Shown: positions 41,195-52,466 of the stretch, piece by piece
How the letters are laid out: every line of letters begins with the position of its first letter
How positions within the stretch are numbered: the stretch's first letter is position 1
Source of the DNA: Somniosus microcephalus
Taxonomy: Eukaryota
NCBI GenBank assembly: GCA_052327205.1
Contig: CM126233.1
Location: 32,674,001-32,738,000 of the forward strand
DNA: 64,000 nt
Direction: 5' to 3'
Notes under the pieces: generated by a model
Told to the model about the DNA's origin: nothing
Databases searched by the model: none
Seen by the model: only the letters and a program-made list of their open reading frames with translations
Translations under genes and position numbers: made by a program

Positions 41195-41925
41195 ATCAAC
41201 TTGTATTTATATAGCGCCTTTAATGTAGGAAAACATCAGAAGCTGCTGCACAGGAGCGTAAAAAGACAACAATTTACACCAGGACAAAGGAGGAGATACT
41301 AGGACACGCGACTAAAAGCTTGATCAAAGAGCAAAGTTTCAAGGAGGGTCTTAAAGGAGGAGAGAGAGGTGGAGAGACGGAGAGGTTTAGGGAGAGAATT
41401 CTAGAGCTTGGGGCCCAGACGGCTGAAAGCATGGCTGCCAATGGTGGGGTGACTGGAGTGGGAGATGCACAGAAGTTCACATTTGGAAGGGTGTAGGGCT
41501 GGAGGTGGTTACAGGAGATAAGATGGGGCGAGGCCCTGGAGGGATTTAAACATGAGGATGAAAACTTTAAAATTGCGGCATTGGTGGACTGGGAGCCAAT
41601 GTAGATCACCGAACACAGGGGTGATGGGTGAGCGGGACTTTGTGCAGGTTAGAATACAGACAGTAGAGATTTGGATGAGCTCAAGAGGGTGGAAGATGGG
41701 CGGTTGGCCAGGAGAGCATTGTAATAGTTAAGTCTGCAGGCAACAAAAGCATGGATGAGGGATTCAACAGCAAATGGGCTGAGGCAGGGGCAGAGACAGA
41801 GGATATTATGGAGGTGGAAGTAGGAGGTCTTCGTGATTGAGCAGATATGGGGTCAGAAGCTCAGTTCAGCGTCAAATAGGATGCTGAGGTTGCGAACTGT
41901 CTGGTTCAGCTCGAGGCAGTAGCCA
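41195..41925 (-). mobile_element. L2 LINE 3' fragment
   Basis: Purine-rich reverse complement of the L2 ORF2 end and of the tail GGCGCTATATAAATACAAGTTG. Confidence 0.85.
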
Positions 41926-42186
41926 GGGGGGTAATGTTGGTCAATGGTTTTCTGATCATTTGTATGATGGCCCAAAAGGGTGGGAGGAGTGTTGAAACCA
42001 CTGCAACCATTCTCTCAGGCAGATCAGAGCAAAACCACCAGGCACTCATTAAGGCAACTGGAGATGGAGCCGAGACCAAAGAGCAACTCACCACAGCTGA
42101 AGGGAGAACTAGACAATTGCTGGACACTAGAAGGAGACAAGTTAGAAACATTTCTGTGTAAAGGACCCCCTGAACATACTGCCACA

Positions 42187-42456
42187 TGTAATGATATCAG
42201 CAAATAGTGATGATATTTGTCTGTGTTTGATTACTTATGCCTTACAGCATACTTATCTGTGTTTGATTGCTTGTGCCTGAGCAGCAGAGGTCATGTGACA
42301 CAGACAAGCAGGCTGAGGGTTTCAGTTTCATTTTGGCTGCAGCTGAAGCAGCATGGTCTCCTGAAAAGCTGTATGAATTCTAGAACAAACCTTAGGTTAA
42401 AAGTTATTCTCTTTTGATAAATGTCTCATCATTGAGCCCACAAGGAAATCAATACA
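42187..42456 (+). repeat. 5' LTR (270 bp)
   Basis: TGTAATGATATC...AAATCAATACA. Identical to the 3' LTR except for 2 substitutions and an extra 36 bp (42233-42268). Confidence 0.96.
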
Positions 42457-42471
42457 TGGTGTCAGAAGTGG
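42457..42471 (+). promoter_or_regulatory. Primer-binding site complementary to tRNA-Leu(CAA) 3' end
   Basis: TGGTGTCAGAAGTGG directly after the 5' LTR. It is the reverse complement of ...CCACTTCTGACACCA, the vertebrate tRNA-Leu(CAA) 3' end as recalled. Confidence 0.88.
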
Positions 42472-42629
42472 CTCGATTGAAAGAGATGAAGAGAAAAAAT
42501 CGGAAGTTAGCAACTCGATGGGACAGTGAAAGGAGTTGTGGCAAGTAAGTTAAATCAGCTCTCCACATATTAGCAAGCCAGAAGAGAACATCGTTGCTTA
42601 CCATTAGAGAATAGCTAACGAAGTGAAAA

Positions 42630-45600
42630 ATGGAAGGTTTACTCCCACCGGCGACGCTTCAGTTGACAGGTAATGTGGCTGAAAATTAGAGGAGATTCAA
42701 ACAACGTGTGGGGTTGTATTTAGCGGCAACCGGAGCTGACGAGAAAAGTGATAAAGAGAAATCGTCCGTGTTCTTACATGTAGTGGGTGATGCAGCGCTG
42801 GAGGTATATAATAATTTCATATTTGCTGTTGATGGAGACAAAATGAAGCTAGATAAAATAATGGAACAGTTTGAGGCCTACTGCATACCTAAACGCAACG
42901 TGACCTTTGAGAGGCACAGATTTTTCACATGTGTACAGAAAATCGGCGAGACTATTGATCAGTATGTGACTGAACTGAGAAACCGAAGCAAATCGTGTGA
43001 ATTTGGGGGACTCACAGACTCGCTGATAAAAGACAGACTGGTGTGTGGTATTCCAGATAATGGTCTAAGGGAAAGACTGCTACGAGAGCAAGATCTAGAC
43101 CTGGGAAAAGCCATAGCACTGTGTAGGGCTACAGAGACTGTGAAGTTGCAGGCAAAGGAGCTGTTCAGTGACAGTAGCTGCAACGTGGATGCAGTGAGAA
43201 AGAACGGATACAAACCGTTTAACAAAGAGAGCGCCAATGTGAAAAAAGAGACGTGGCCAGCAAACGAAAATGAAAGGGACAATCGGAAGTCATGTAGTCG
43301 ATGCGGTACACAGCATCCACCAAGAAAGTGTCCAGCATATGGTAAAACATGCAATAGATGCAACAAAAACAACCATTATGCCCGTTGCTGTAAGAACCAA
43401 GCGCAACAAAGCAAGGTCCATACAGTAGATGAAAGCGAGATAGAGGAATTCAATGTAGATGTTGTGTCTGAAAACAAAAAAGAAGAAAGAGACTGGATGT
43501 TGACACTAAAAGTGAATGATATACACATCCCATTTAAATTGGATACTGGAGCACAAGTTAATGTGATATCAGAGACCGATTTTAAGAGAATTAGACCCAG
43601 ACCAAAGTTACATGGAATACAAGTGAAAGTGACCGGATACTCAGGTACTGATATACCAGTGAAAGGAAAATGCATTGTCAAAGTAACACACAAGGACAGA
43701 GAGCACACGCTAGCATTAATCGTGGTGCCAAAGGATGTGCAAGCCATACTAGGTTTAAAAGCCTGTGAGAGACCGAACCTGGTAAAGAGAGTCCTCGTTG
43801 TGGAAAGCGAAGGAGAGACAGTCTATGATGAACTCATGAAAGAGTACAAAGACCTATTTAAGGGTCTAGGCTGCATTCCAGGAGAACACACGATCAGAGT
43901 AGATAAAAGTATGACACCGGTCATACATCCATGCAAAAAAGTTCCGTTTGCTCTTCAAAAGCAACTGAAGGCAGAGTTGGACAGGATGGAAAGCCTGAAC
44001 GTGATTCAGAAGATAGATGAGCCAACTGAGTGGGTGAGTTCCCTCGTCGTAGTGGACAAAAAGAATGGAAAGCTCAGAATTTGCCTGGATCCAAGAGATC
44101 TAAACAGAGCAATAAAGAGAGAGCACTTCAAGCTTCCTACACGCGAGGAAATCATGGCACAGTTTGCAAATGCAAAATATTTCAGCAAGTTAGATGCATC
44201 CTCAGGATTTTGGCAGATGAAGCTGGACGAAGCAAGTTCAAGACTGTGCACGTTCAACACTCTATATGGCAGATACAGATTCCTAAGGTTACCATTTGGC
44301 ATTGCCTCAGCTCCTGAAGTGTATCACAAGACTATCCATATGATCTATGAGCACCTGGAGGGAGTTGATACATCAATGGATGACATCATAGTATGGGGAA
44401 CCACGAGAACTGAGCATGACGAGAGACTGAAAAAAGTGCTGGAAGCAACAAGGAAAACAAACCTGAAGCTGAATAGAGAGAAATGCCAGCTCGGGGTGAC
44501 AGAACTGACATTCGTGGGAGATAGCCTTAGCAGTGAGGGCATCAGACCAGATCCCAGAAAGGTGTCCGCCATTGAGAATATGCCAAGGCCACAATGCAAA
44601 AAGGACATGCAGAGGTTTAATGGAATGATCAACTACATGGGTAAATTCATATCCAACCTCTCAGGAAAAAATAGCGCCACTGAGAAGACTAACTGAAAAG
44701 AACATAGAATGGGAATGGAATCATGAGCATGAGAAGTCATGGAGCGATCTAAAGAAACTGCTCACAGAGGAACCAGTTCTGAGGTTTTATGACCCAGCGA
44801 GACCCATCAATATATCATCAGATGCATCACAGAGTGGGCTCGGTGCCGTTCTTCTGCAACAATATGACTACTGGCAACCTATTGCATATGCATCGCGCTC
44901 AATGACAGACGCGGAGACGCGATATGCTCAAATAGAAAAGGAGCTGCTCAGCATCACATACGCCTGTGAAAGATTTCACCAGTTCGTGGCAGGACAAGCA
45001 ATCAACGTAGAGACTGACCATAAGCCCTTGATTGCATTGTTCCAAAAGCCACTAAATAGCTGTCCGCTTAGAATACAAAGAATGATGATCAGGCTGCAAC
45101 GCTATACACTGAATGTTGCGTACACACCGGGTAAGCTGATGTATACAGCAGACACGTTGTCCAGAGCTGTTGACCCAAGTGAGCCCGCAAACACCACAAT
45201 GGATGAAAAAGTGAACGCCTACGTGGACATGATCACAAGTGCACTGCCCATAGCAGATGCAAAAATGGAGCTCATAAAGACTGAGACAAACAAAGATGAA
45301 ACAATGAGACGGCTGAAGAAAAGCACCTTGGATGGATGGCCCAACATGAAGCAAGACTGCGCACCTGACATGGCAGAGTACTGGAACTGCAGGGCGGAAC
45401 TATCAGTGGTCGAAGACATCATCTACAAAGGAAGTAAAATAGTTATCCCAAAGAGTCTGAGAAAAGAGATGCTAAAAAAAGATCCATGGAGGACATCTGG
45501 GAATCGAAAAGTGTAAGAAAAGAGCACGAGAGGTGATGTACTGGCCACGAATGAACCAAGATGTGACAAATGAGGTGTCAAACTGCACAATATGCCTGAA

Positions 45601-46567
45601 ATATCAAGCAAGCAATCCAGTAGAACCACTAAAGCCACACCCAGCACCAGACAGACCTTACCAGAAGGTAGGCGCTGACCTATTCGTATGTCAAGGGAAG
45701 GACTATCTTGTCGTCACAGACTATTACTCCCTGTATCCAGAGGTTTGTAGACTGTACACCACCACTGCAGAAGCTGTGATAAGAAGTATGAAAGCCATAT
45801 TCTCCAGACATGGCGTGGCAAGCGAGGTCTTCACAGACAACGGACCCCAGTTTAACAATGCAAATTTCCGACACTTTGCCAAAGAGTGGGACTTTGTCCA
45901 CACAACGTCAAGTCCTCACTATCCACAGTCCAATGGACTAGTGGAAAAATCGGTCCAGACAGTGAAAAGACTGATGTACAAGGCAAAAGACAGTGGAACT
46001 GACTTCTACCAAAGCATGCTTGTATACCGCACAACGCCGCTCGAGTGTGGTATGTCACCAGCCCAACACCTGATGGGACGTCGGCTAAGGTCAAACTTAC
46101 CCATCCCGGAGAACCTCCTGAAAACAAAAGAGGGGGAGAAAGTGAGGAAGTTCAAAGAACAACAGAAAGAAAAGCAAAAGTATTATTATGACAGAGGAAC
46201 ACAAAACCTACCTGAACTCCACACTGGTGACCAAGTAAGGTTCAAAGACAAAACAAACACATGGACGGAGAAGGGAACTGTCCTGAGTGAAGTTCAACCA
46301 AGATCATACACCATTCAGGCAGATGAGGGTGCTGTTCTGAGAAGAAATTGTCAAGATCTTCTCATGGAACCAGCCACAGCAGGTCAAAAGGCTGATACTG
46401 TTGAACAACCTGATCACACAGCAGGTCAAGAGACTGATACGGTTGAACAACCGGATCACACAGCTAAGAACCAATCATCTGAGGCAACAACTCAGATTCA
46501 AGGACAATCAATCAGAAAATCCTCAAGACACGTGAAGCCTCCCGAGAGACTCATTGAGCAAATTTAA
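42630..46567 (+). pseudogene. Disrupted gag-pol polyprotein (Gag with two CCHC knuckles, protease, RT, RNase H, integrase)
   Basis: ATG at 42630 (MEGLLPPATLQLTGNVAEN*RRFKQR) with TAG at 42687 in place of the expected Trp. Motifs: CSRCGTQHPPRKC and CNRCNKNNHYARCC knuckles, LDTGA protease, SMDD RT, DAS RNase H, HHCC plus TDNGPQF/PQSNGLVE integrase. +1 frameshifts in A-runs near 44670 and 45480. Confidence 0.93.
46376..46463 (+). repeat. 42-bp tandem duplication in integrase C-terminal tail
   Basis: Encodes TAGQKADTVEQPDH-TAGQETDTVEQPDH-TA. Confidence 0.85.
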
Positions 46568-46772
46568 GGACTATTGTTATAGAAGGAAGTAATGTTATCT
46601 TATTCTTTCTTCAAGTTCTAGTGTATTGACATATTTCATGTGAACACACAAAGCAAGGGTAAAAAACCTTGATCATGATAATGATAATGTAAGTTCATTA
46701 AATGTTACAGTTAAAATGCAGATTAATACAAAGAAAACATGTTGTTAGTTAAAAGTAAAATACTTTTGTTTT

Positions 46773-46784
46773 AAGAAAGGGAGA
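46773..46784 (+). promoter_or_regulatory. Polypurine tract
   Basis: AAGAAAGGGAGA immediately 5' of the 3' LTR. Confidence 0.9.
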
Positions 46785-47018
46785 TGTAATGATATCAGCA
46801 AATAGTGATGATATTTGTCTGTGTTTGATTGCTTGTGCCTGAGCAGCAGAGGTCATGTGACACACACAAGCAGGCTGAGGGTTTCAGTTTCATTTTGGCT
46901 GCAGCTGAAGCAGCATGGTCTCCTGAAAAGCTGTATGAATTCTAGAACAAACCTTAGATTAAAAGTTATTCTCTTTTGATAAATGTCTCATCATTGAGCC
47001 CACAAGGAAATCAATACA
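46785..47018 (+). repeat. 3' LTR (234 bp)
   Basis: Direct repeat of the 5' LTR, followed by the TSD CCACA. Confidence 0.96.
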
Positions 47019-47189
47019 CCACACTCCTGGGAACCCCTTGCCCTAACTTCTAAAAGATAATGGCAGGCACCCAAAGGAAAACCGTGCTAGCATTGCAGAA
47101 AATGTATTTATTAGTATACAGCAACAGAGATAATGTGGCAATAGGTCAACATTTGCATTGTTGCATAAACTTGGCTCATTAGTATCTCC

Positions 47190-47575
47190 TGATTGAGGGG
47201 TATTCTGATCAAGGTGTTTAAAATGTTTAAGGGATTTGATAGGGTAGATACGGAGAAACTATTTCCTCTGGTGGGGGATTCAGGGACAAGGAGACATAAT
47301 CTTAAAATTACAACTAGGCCGTTCAGGAGTGACATCAGGAAGCACTTTGTCCACACAAGGGGTGGTAGATATCTGGAACTCTTGCCCCAAAAAGGCTATG
47401 GAAGCTGGTGGACAATTCCAACACTGAAATAGATAGATTTGTTAGGCAAAGGGGTCAAGTGATATGAAGCAAAGGTGGGAAATGGAGTCGAGGTGCAGAT
47501 CAGCCAAGATCTAATTAAATGGCAGAGCAGGCCAGAAGGGCTGAATGGCCTACTCCTGTTCCTAATATTCCTGTG
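47190..47575 (+). mobile_element. CR1 LINE 3' fragment
   Basis: RGILIKVFKMFKGFDRVDTEKLFPLVG plus the CR1 3' UTR. Confidence 0.88.
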
Positions 47576-48210
47576 CAGTTTTTGTTCCTTTTTGTTTGTA
47601 CAGAACTCCGATGATAGACAGACAGAAATATGATGACCTGAGGTTACCCTAGTATTCAGGAGCCCAGTTTGAAAAAAAAACTATTCCTTAAGAGGAGTCT
47701 GGTGCAGTTAAGTAATTAACAGAAATTTTTCTTTGGCTTGTTTGAGCCAACACGATTATGTTAGTAGCTTGGATTTTAGACCACACAATCATAAATTCAA
47801 TCCATTTAAAACAAGGATAATCTTTATCCTTTATTTTTTAATATTGTAGGAGATGAACTATGCCAGTTTTATGCCTTGAAACTTAGAATTTATTGTTGTT
47901 TGAAACATTAAAAGATCTCAGTCAGCATGTTTTTACAATATGACTATAAAAGAATGGTATTTGATAATTAAAAGTGATGGAGAGGATGAATGAGATCGTT
48001 TATAAAAGAAAGCGAAATATACCATCCACCCGGATAGGCATATGATCTTCAGTTTAACCATTCATCCAAAGGATAGCACCTCGGACAATGCAGCACTTCC
48101 TCAGTATCCCAGATTATGTACTCAAGTTCTGCAGCCGGTCTTGAACCCATAACCTTTTGACTCATTAGGTTATCAATGATGTTATTTTAGTAAGGAAAAA
48201 TGCTGTCACA

Positions 48211-48563
48211 GGGCAGCACGGTGGCATAGTGGTTAGCACTGTTGCCTCACAGCGCCAGGGACCCGGGTTCGAATCCGGCCTCGGGCGACTGTCTGTGTGG
48301 AGTTTGCACATTCTCCCCGTGTTTGCGTGGGTTTCCTCCGGGTGCTCCGGTTTCCTCCCACAGTCCAAAGATGTGCGGGTTAGGTTGATTGGCTATGATA
48401 AAATTGACCCTTAGTGTTAGGAGGATTAAATACGTGGGGTTACGGGGATAGGGGTGGGATATGTGTTGGTGTAGGGGTTACGGGGATCGGGTGGGATATG
48501 TGTCGGTGCAGGCTCGATGGGCCGAAATGGCCTCTATCTGCACTGTGGGGTTTCTGTGATTCT
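48211..48563 (+). mobile_element. HE1-type (V-SINE) tRNA-derived SINE, young
   Basis: Pol III A box (GTGGCATAGTGG) and B box (GGTTCGAATCC), the V-domain GTGGAGTTTGCACATTCTCCCCGTG...GGTTTCCTCCGGGTGCTCCGG, and a CR1-like tail. Confidence 0.9.
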
Positions 48564-48761
48564 GTGTGATTGTCCTACAGATGGACAGGGTTCATTCAGG
48601 CATCCTGTGCGTAGCTTGTATTTTCCTAGCCATGTCCACAAACACTGAGCTGTGGTGTTGCTTTACCCCTAGTCGCAGCTCATACATAATAGTACGTGAG
48701 AGGTTTTCCTGGATAATCAATCTCCAGAAGAGATCAAAGAAGAAGATACGGACTTATGATA

Positions 48762-48999
48762 ACACAAAAGCAAAATACTGCGGATGCTGGAAATCTGAAA
48801 AGAAAACAGAAAAAGCTGGAAATACTCAGCAGGTCAGGCAGCATCTGAGGAGAGAGAAACAGAGTTAGCGTTTCAGCTCGATGACTTTTCATCAGAGCTG
48901 GCTGCCCTGTTCTGACAAAAAGTGATCGACCTGAAACGTTAACTCTGTTTCTCTCTCCACAGGTGCTGCCTGATCTGCTGAGTATTTCCAGTATTTTCT
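48762..48999. mobile_element. Penelope-derived fold-back (inverted pLTR) element with 12-bp TSD
   Basis: Inverted arms of about 90 bp, flanked by the direct repeat GGACTTATGATA (48750-48761 / 49000-49011). The arms resemble the end of the Penelope fragment at 63160-63260. Confidence 0.8.
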
Positions 49000-49989
49000 G
49001 GACTTATGATAGTGTCTGACTTCCCTCATCCCCAACTCTGCAGGAAACAAGCACAAGACTTCAAGAGGAAGACCATCTGATCATCCTTCTACAGTGATGA
49101 CAATCAATTGGATCCAAACAGACTGTTAACTTTCCTTCCACCCCGGATTCAATCCACTATTTAACCCGATTCTGCACGGCAATAAGTGGAAACTCCACCT
49201 TGTCCTGTATGGTCTTCCCCAGCCATTGGGGTACATGCTGGCCAAAAAAAAAAAATTATGAATCACAACTTTAAAACTACTGCATTTGCACAGTGTTCCA
49301 TGCATTGTTGTTTTTCTGTTGCTCCACTGCTGTGAAATTCGTCACAATATAAATTGGCCAGATTCCACAGCAATCTAGGTCCCTCAGATAATATTGGAGA
49401 ACTGCTTCAGGAAGCTGCCTTGTAATACAAATGGGCCATAAGATGGACGCCTGGACATCTTGATATCTGGTTGAGTATGAACACAATTCCAGTAGACTAA
49501 AACAGGAGCCAAATTTCTGGCTACCTCCATACTTGGGAAGTATTAGTGACGCAAGTTAAATGATACCCACTGAGCGCAATAGAAGGTCACCAGAAACGTT
49601 TTGCAAGGTTACCTAGAGTAACAACCATGCTGGGGGATGGGGGATTCAAGCACCATGTGTTAGTAGGACAAAGTTAAAGGTCAACGCATCATCTCACTCT
49701 ACGATAGGAATCTGATGGGTTCCTACATCCTTGTCAGACACTTATACTTCCCGTCAAATAAAAATCCTCCATGCCCCTCCAAAAGTTTTATTTCAACACC
49801 AAGCCTTCAAATCAGGGTCTCAAATGGCACAAGACCTCAACATGTCAGGCTTCCCCTGAAACCTCTGCCACAGCACAGTAATAATGTGACTGAATTTGAT
49901 CCCTATAAATAAGATAATACAAATAACAAGAGCTTTACATTCATGTATTGTGTCACATGCAGAAATATGCAAGTAAACGAAGGTTCGCG

Positions 49990-50470
49990 AGACTGATTCC
50001 TGGGATGGCGGGACTGTCATATGAGAAGAGATTGAGTAAACTAAGCCTGTATTCTCTTGAATTCTGAAGAATGAGAGGGGGTCTCATTGAAGCATACAAC
50101 ATTATTACAGGGCTTGATAGGGTGGATGCTGGGAGAATGTTTCCCTTGGCTGGGAAGTCTAGAACCAGGGGCCACAGCCTCAGGATAAAGGGTAGGCCAT
50201 TCAGGACTGAGATGAGAAGACATTTCTTCACACAGAGCGTGGTGAATTTTTGGAATTCTCTACCCCAGAGGGCTGTGGAGGCTCAGTCATTGGGTATATT
50301 CAAAACAGAAGTCGATAGATTTCTGACTAGTAAGGGCATCAAGGGATATGGTGATAGGGCCGGTGAATGGAGTTGAGGCAGAAGATCAGCCATGATCTCA
50401 TTGAATGGCGGAGCAGGCTCGAGGGGCCGAATGGCCGACTCCTGCTCCTATTTCTTAAGTTCGTATGTTA
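49990..50470 (+). mobile_element. CR1 LINE 3' fragment
   Basis: MRGGLIEAYNIITGLDRVDAGRMFPLAGKSRTRGHSLRIK... plus the 3' UTR. Confidence 0.92.
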
Positions 50471-51159
50471 AACCATGTCACAGTTCTTAAATTTCTAGGA
50501 TTCGCTAACATTATTAAAAACATTCAATTTTTAAAAATATTCTATAATTAAGTAAAATATTTAGTCTATAGCATCTGTCAGCTGATGCAGAATGTAAAAA
50601 GTATCATTGTAACCAATCTGCAATGTTACATGGTGCTTAATTATACACATTTAATAAAAGAATTACCCTTGAAATTCCTTATGTAGCAATTTTAGATTAT
50701 ATAAAAAGAGAATACTTTATGAGCAATTGAGATAAAATTACATTCCTCTGTGCAATAAAGAATAAATTTTAAAAATCTTGCATTCATATACAGTAGTAGC
50801 TCATCATGCCACATTTCAAAGCGTTGCAGACAATGAATTACTTTTGTAGTGCCTGTTAAGTGGGTAAATGAATATCCATCTCTTCATAATTCATATATCG
50901 TATTATACACATATGGTCAGCATCACATTGGATATAATTCATTTTATTTGGTTTAAATTGTCCGATCAATTATATTTTATAAAGTTAGGAAAGCAAAAGA
51001 TTAATTTAGTTACACACATTAAGAAGCTGACAGGGAATCCTTTCCTTATCTGTTGGTGTTAACTTTTTATAAATAAATAGCAGAAATAATTAAATGCCCC
51101 TAATTTCCATTTCCCGCTATCTGATACCTTGCAGATTTCTTCACGTTTTTTTTTCTCCC

Positions 51160-51545
51160 CACCTCTCATCAGGAACAGACTTCATGCCCATGGAAGTACG
51201 TGGCAGGCAGGTCTGTTGGCATCTAGCCATCATCCTGTACCCCACCAGGGTCTTCATTCCCCATGTGTGAGCCTAGACAGTGTCAGCACGCTATGGGAGT
51301 GCGAGCTTGGCCGAGGGGAGGGGGAGGTGGGTGGAGGCATCATAGCTGAGCTCATTCCTGCCCTCACCCAATGTACACACACATTTCCCCTCAGGTGCCA
51401 CTGGATAGCAATCAGGAGCAGAAACCCCAACTGATTTTTCCTTTCCCTAGCCCGGCGTCCTGATGCCAATTAAAGTATCCCTACCGTCACCTTGGCCGAG
51501 ATTAGTTAACATAGCAGAGACCAGGGAGCAAACCTACGACTTTCT
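51160..51545 (-). mobile_element. Old tRNA-headed SINE-like family (unnamed), representative copy
   Basis: Shared motifs TCTTCATGTGTGAGCCT, GGATAGCAATCAGGAGCAGGAA and GAGATCAGCTAAC..CAGCACAGAC recur at about 3880-4070, 4595-4950, 9195-9840, 14655-15230, 23755-24010, 26040-26400, 29500-29810, 35930-36260, 58500-58750, 59040-59370 and 61790-62095. Confidence 0.72.
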
Positions 51546-51699
51546 TTTCAGCTGTTTTAAAAAAAAATTCACAGCCATTTAAACTCATTAGCTGTTTCTT
51601 TGTCATATTAGCTGGCATTTCTGTACTCTGACCCTTTATTGGTTGCTTGCCCCTACCCTGTGTTTTGGTCAGTCCTATAAAAGCAATTATCTAACTCTC

Positions 51700-51830
51700 T
51701 TTTAGAAGGCAAGGGTAATAAGGGTTATGGAATCAAGGCGGGTAGATGGAGTTAAGATACAGATCAGTCATGATCTAACTGAATGGTGGAACAGGCTCAA
51801 AGGGCTGAATGGCCTCCTCCTGTTCCTGTT
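51700..51830 (+). mobile_element. CR1 3' end remnant
   Basis: GATCAGTCATGATCTAACTGAATGGTGGAACAGGCTCAAAGGGCTGAATGGCCTCCTCC. Confidence 0.8.
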
Positions 51831-52466
51831 TTCCCAAGTTTTGCCAAAGGATCTCAACCCAACGCATTAACCTGGATTTTCTCTTTCCAGATGCCAACAG
51901 ACCTGCCGCGTGCTCCCAGCATTTTATGTCACCTTCCTGGTCTGGATGGTTCAGCTCCACACCGGACAGTGCATTTACCAATTGACGCATTGGGGGAGCC
52001 TCGAGTTCCTTATCTTAATGGGTGGAATTGGCTCTTGTGAAGAAACTGGCCCATGTTTAATGACATAACTCTTGTTAGAATTCTTGAAACGGTCGAACGT
52101 AAAGACACCACCACATTTTAGCACATTACGATGAGTTAAGATGTTTGAGTGGTTTGGGAGAATCCCCTCCATTAAGCCAATCATTCTTTTTTGTGGCACT
52201 GTAGGAAGCATCCTTAAAATGCTTTCAACAGTTGATCTTGGGATATATTTCTACAAGTTTGACAGTTATCAGCTAACAGAGCCTGTGGCTGTTCTGCAAC
52301 GTGACAACTTCAAACCATATATTTAATGAAAGTTATTGCACAGAGTTATAACCATAAATGCCACGAAGAGAGAATAGAAATAATTTAAAATATATATTTA
52401 AGTAGGGTGCTGTGGTATTATACCAACGTGCTGTGCCGCACAGTGGTTACAACGCCCTATATACAA

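Larger units (their letters stand above)
42187..47018 (+). mobile_element. Full-length Ty3/Gypsy LTR retrotransposon, Mag-like clade, antisense to SCAPER
   Basis: TG...CA LTRs at both ends and a 5-bp TSD CCACA (42182-42186 / 47019-47023). PBS, PPT and a single gag-pol reading frame in PR-RT-RH-IN order. Confidence 0.97.

Noticed and set aside
44665-45481. Programmed ribosomal frameshifting at the A-runs in pol
   Set aside because: The shifts fall inside RT-RH and at the start of integrase rather than at a gag/pol junction. Single-base homopolymer insertions (mutation or sequencing error) explain them better.
42959-46127. Minus-strand ORFs overlapping gag-pol
   Set aside because: They are antisense shadows of a long coding frame with no recognisable domains.
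48211-48285. tRNA-like sequences (also at 34240-34310 and 56691-56760)
   Set aside because: These are SINE heads with A/B boxes that run straight into SINE bodies, not free-standing tRNA genes.
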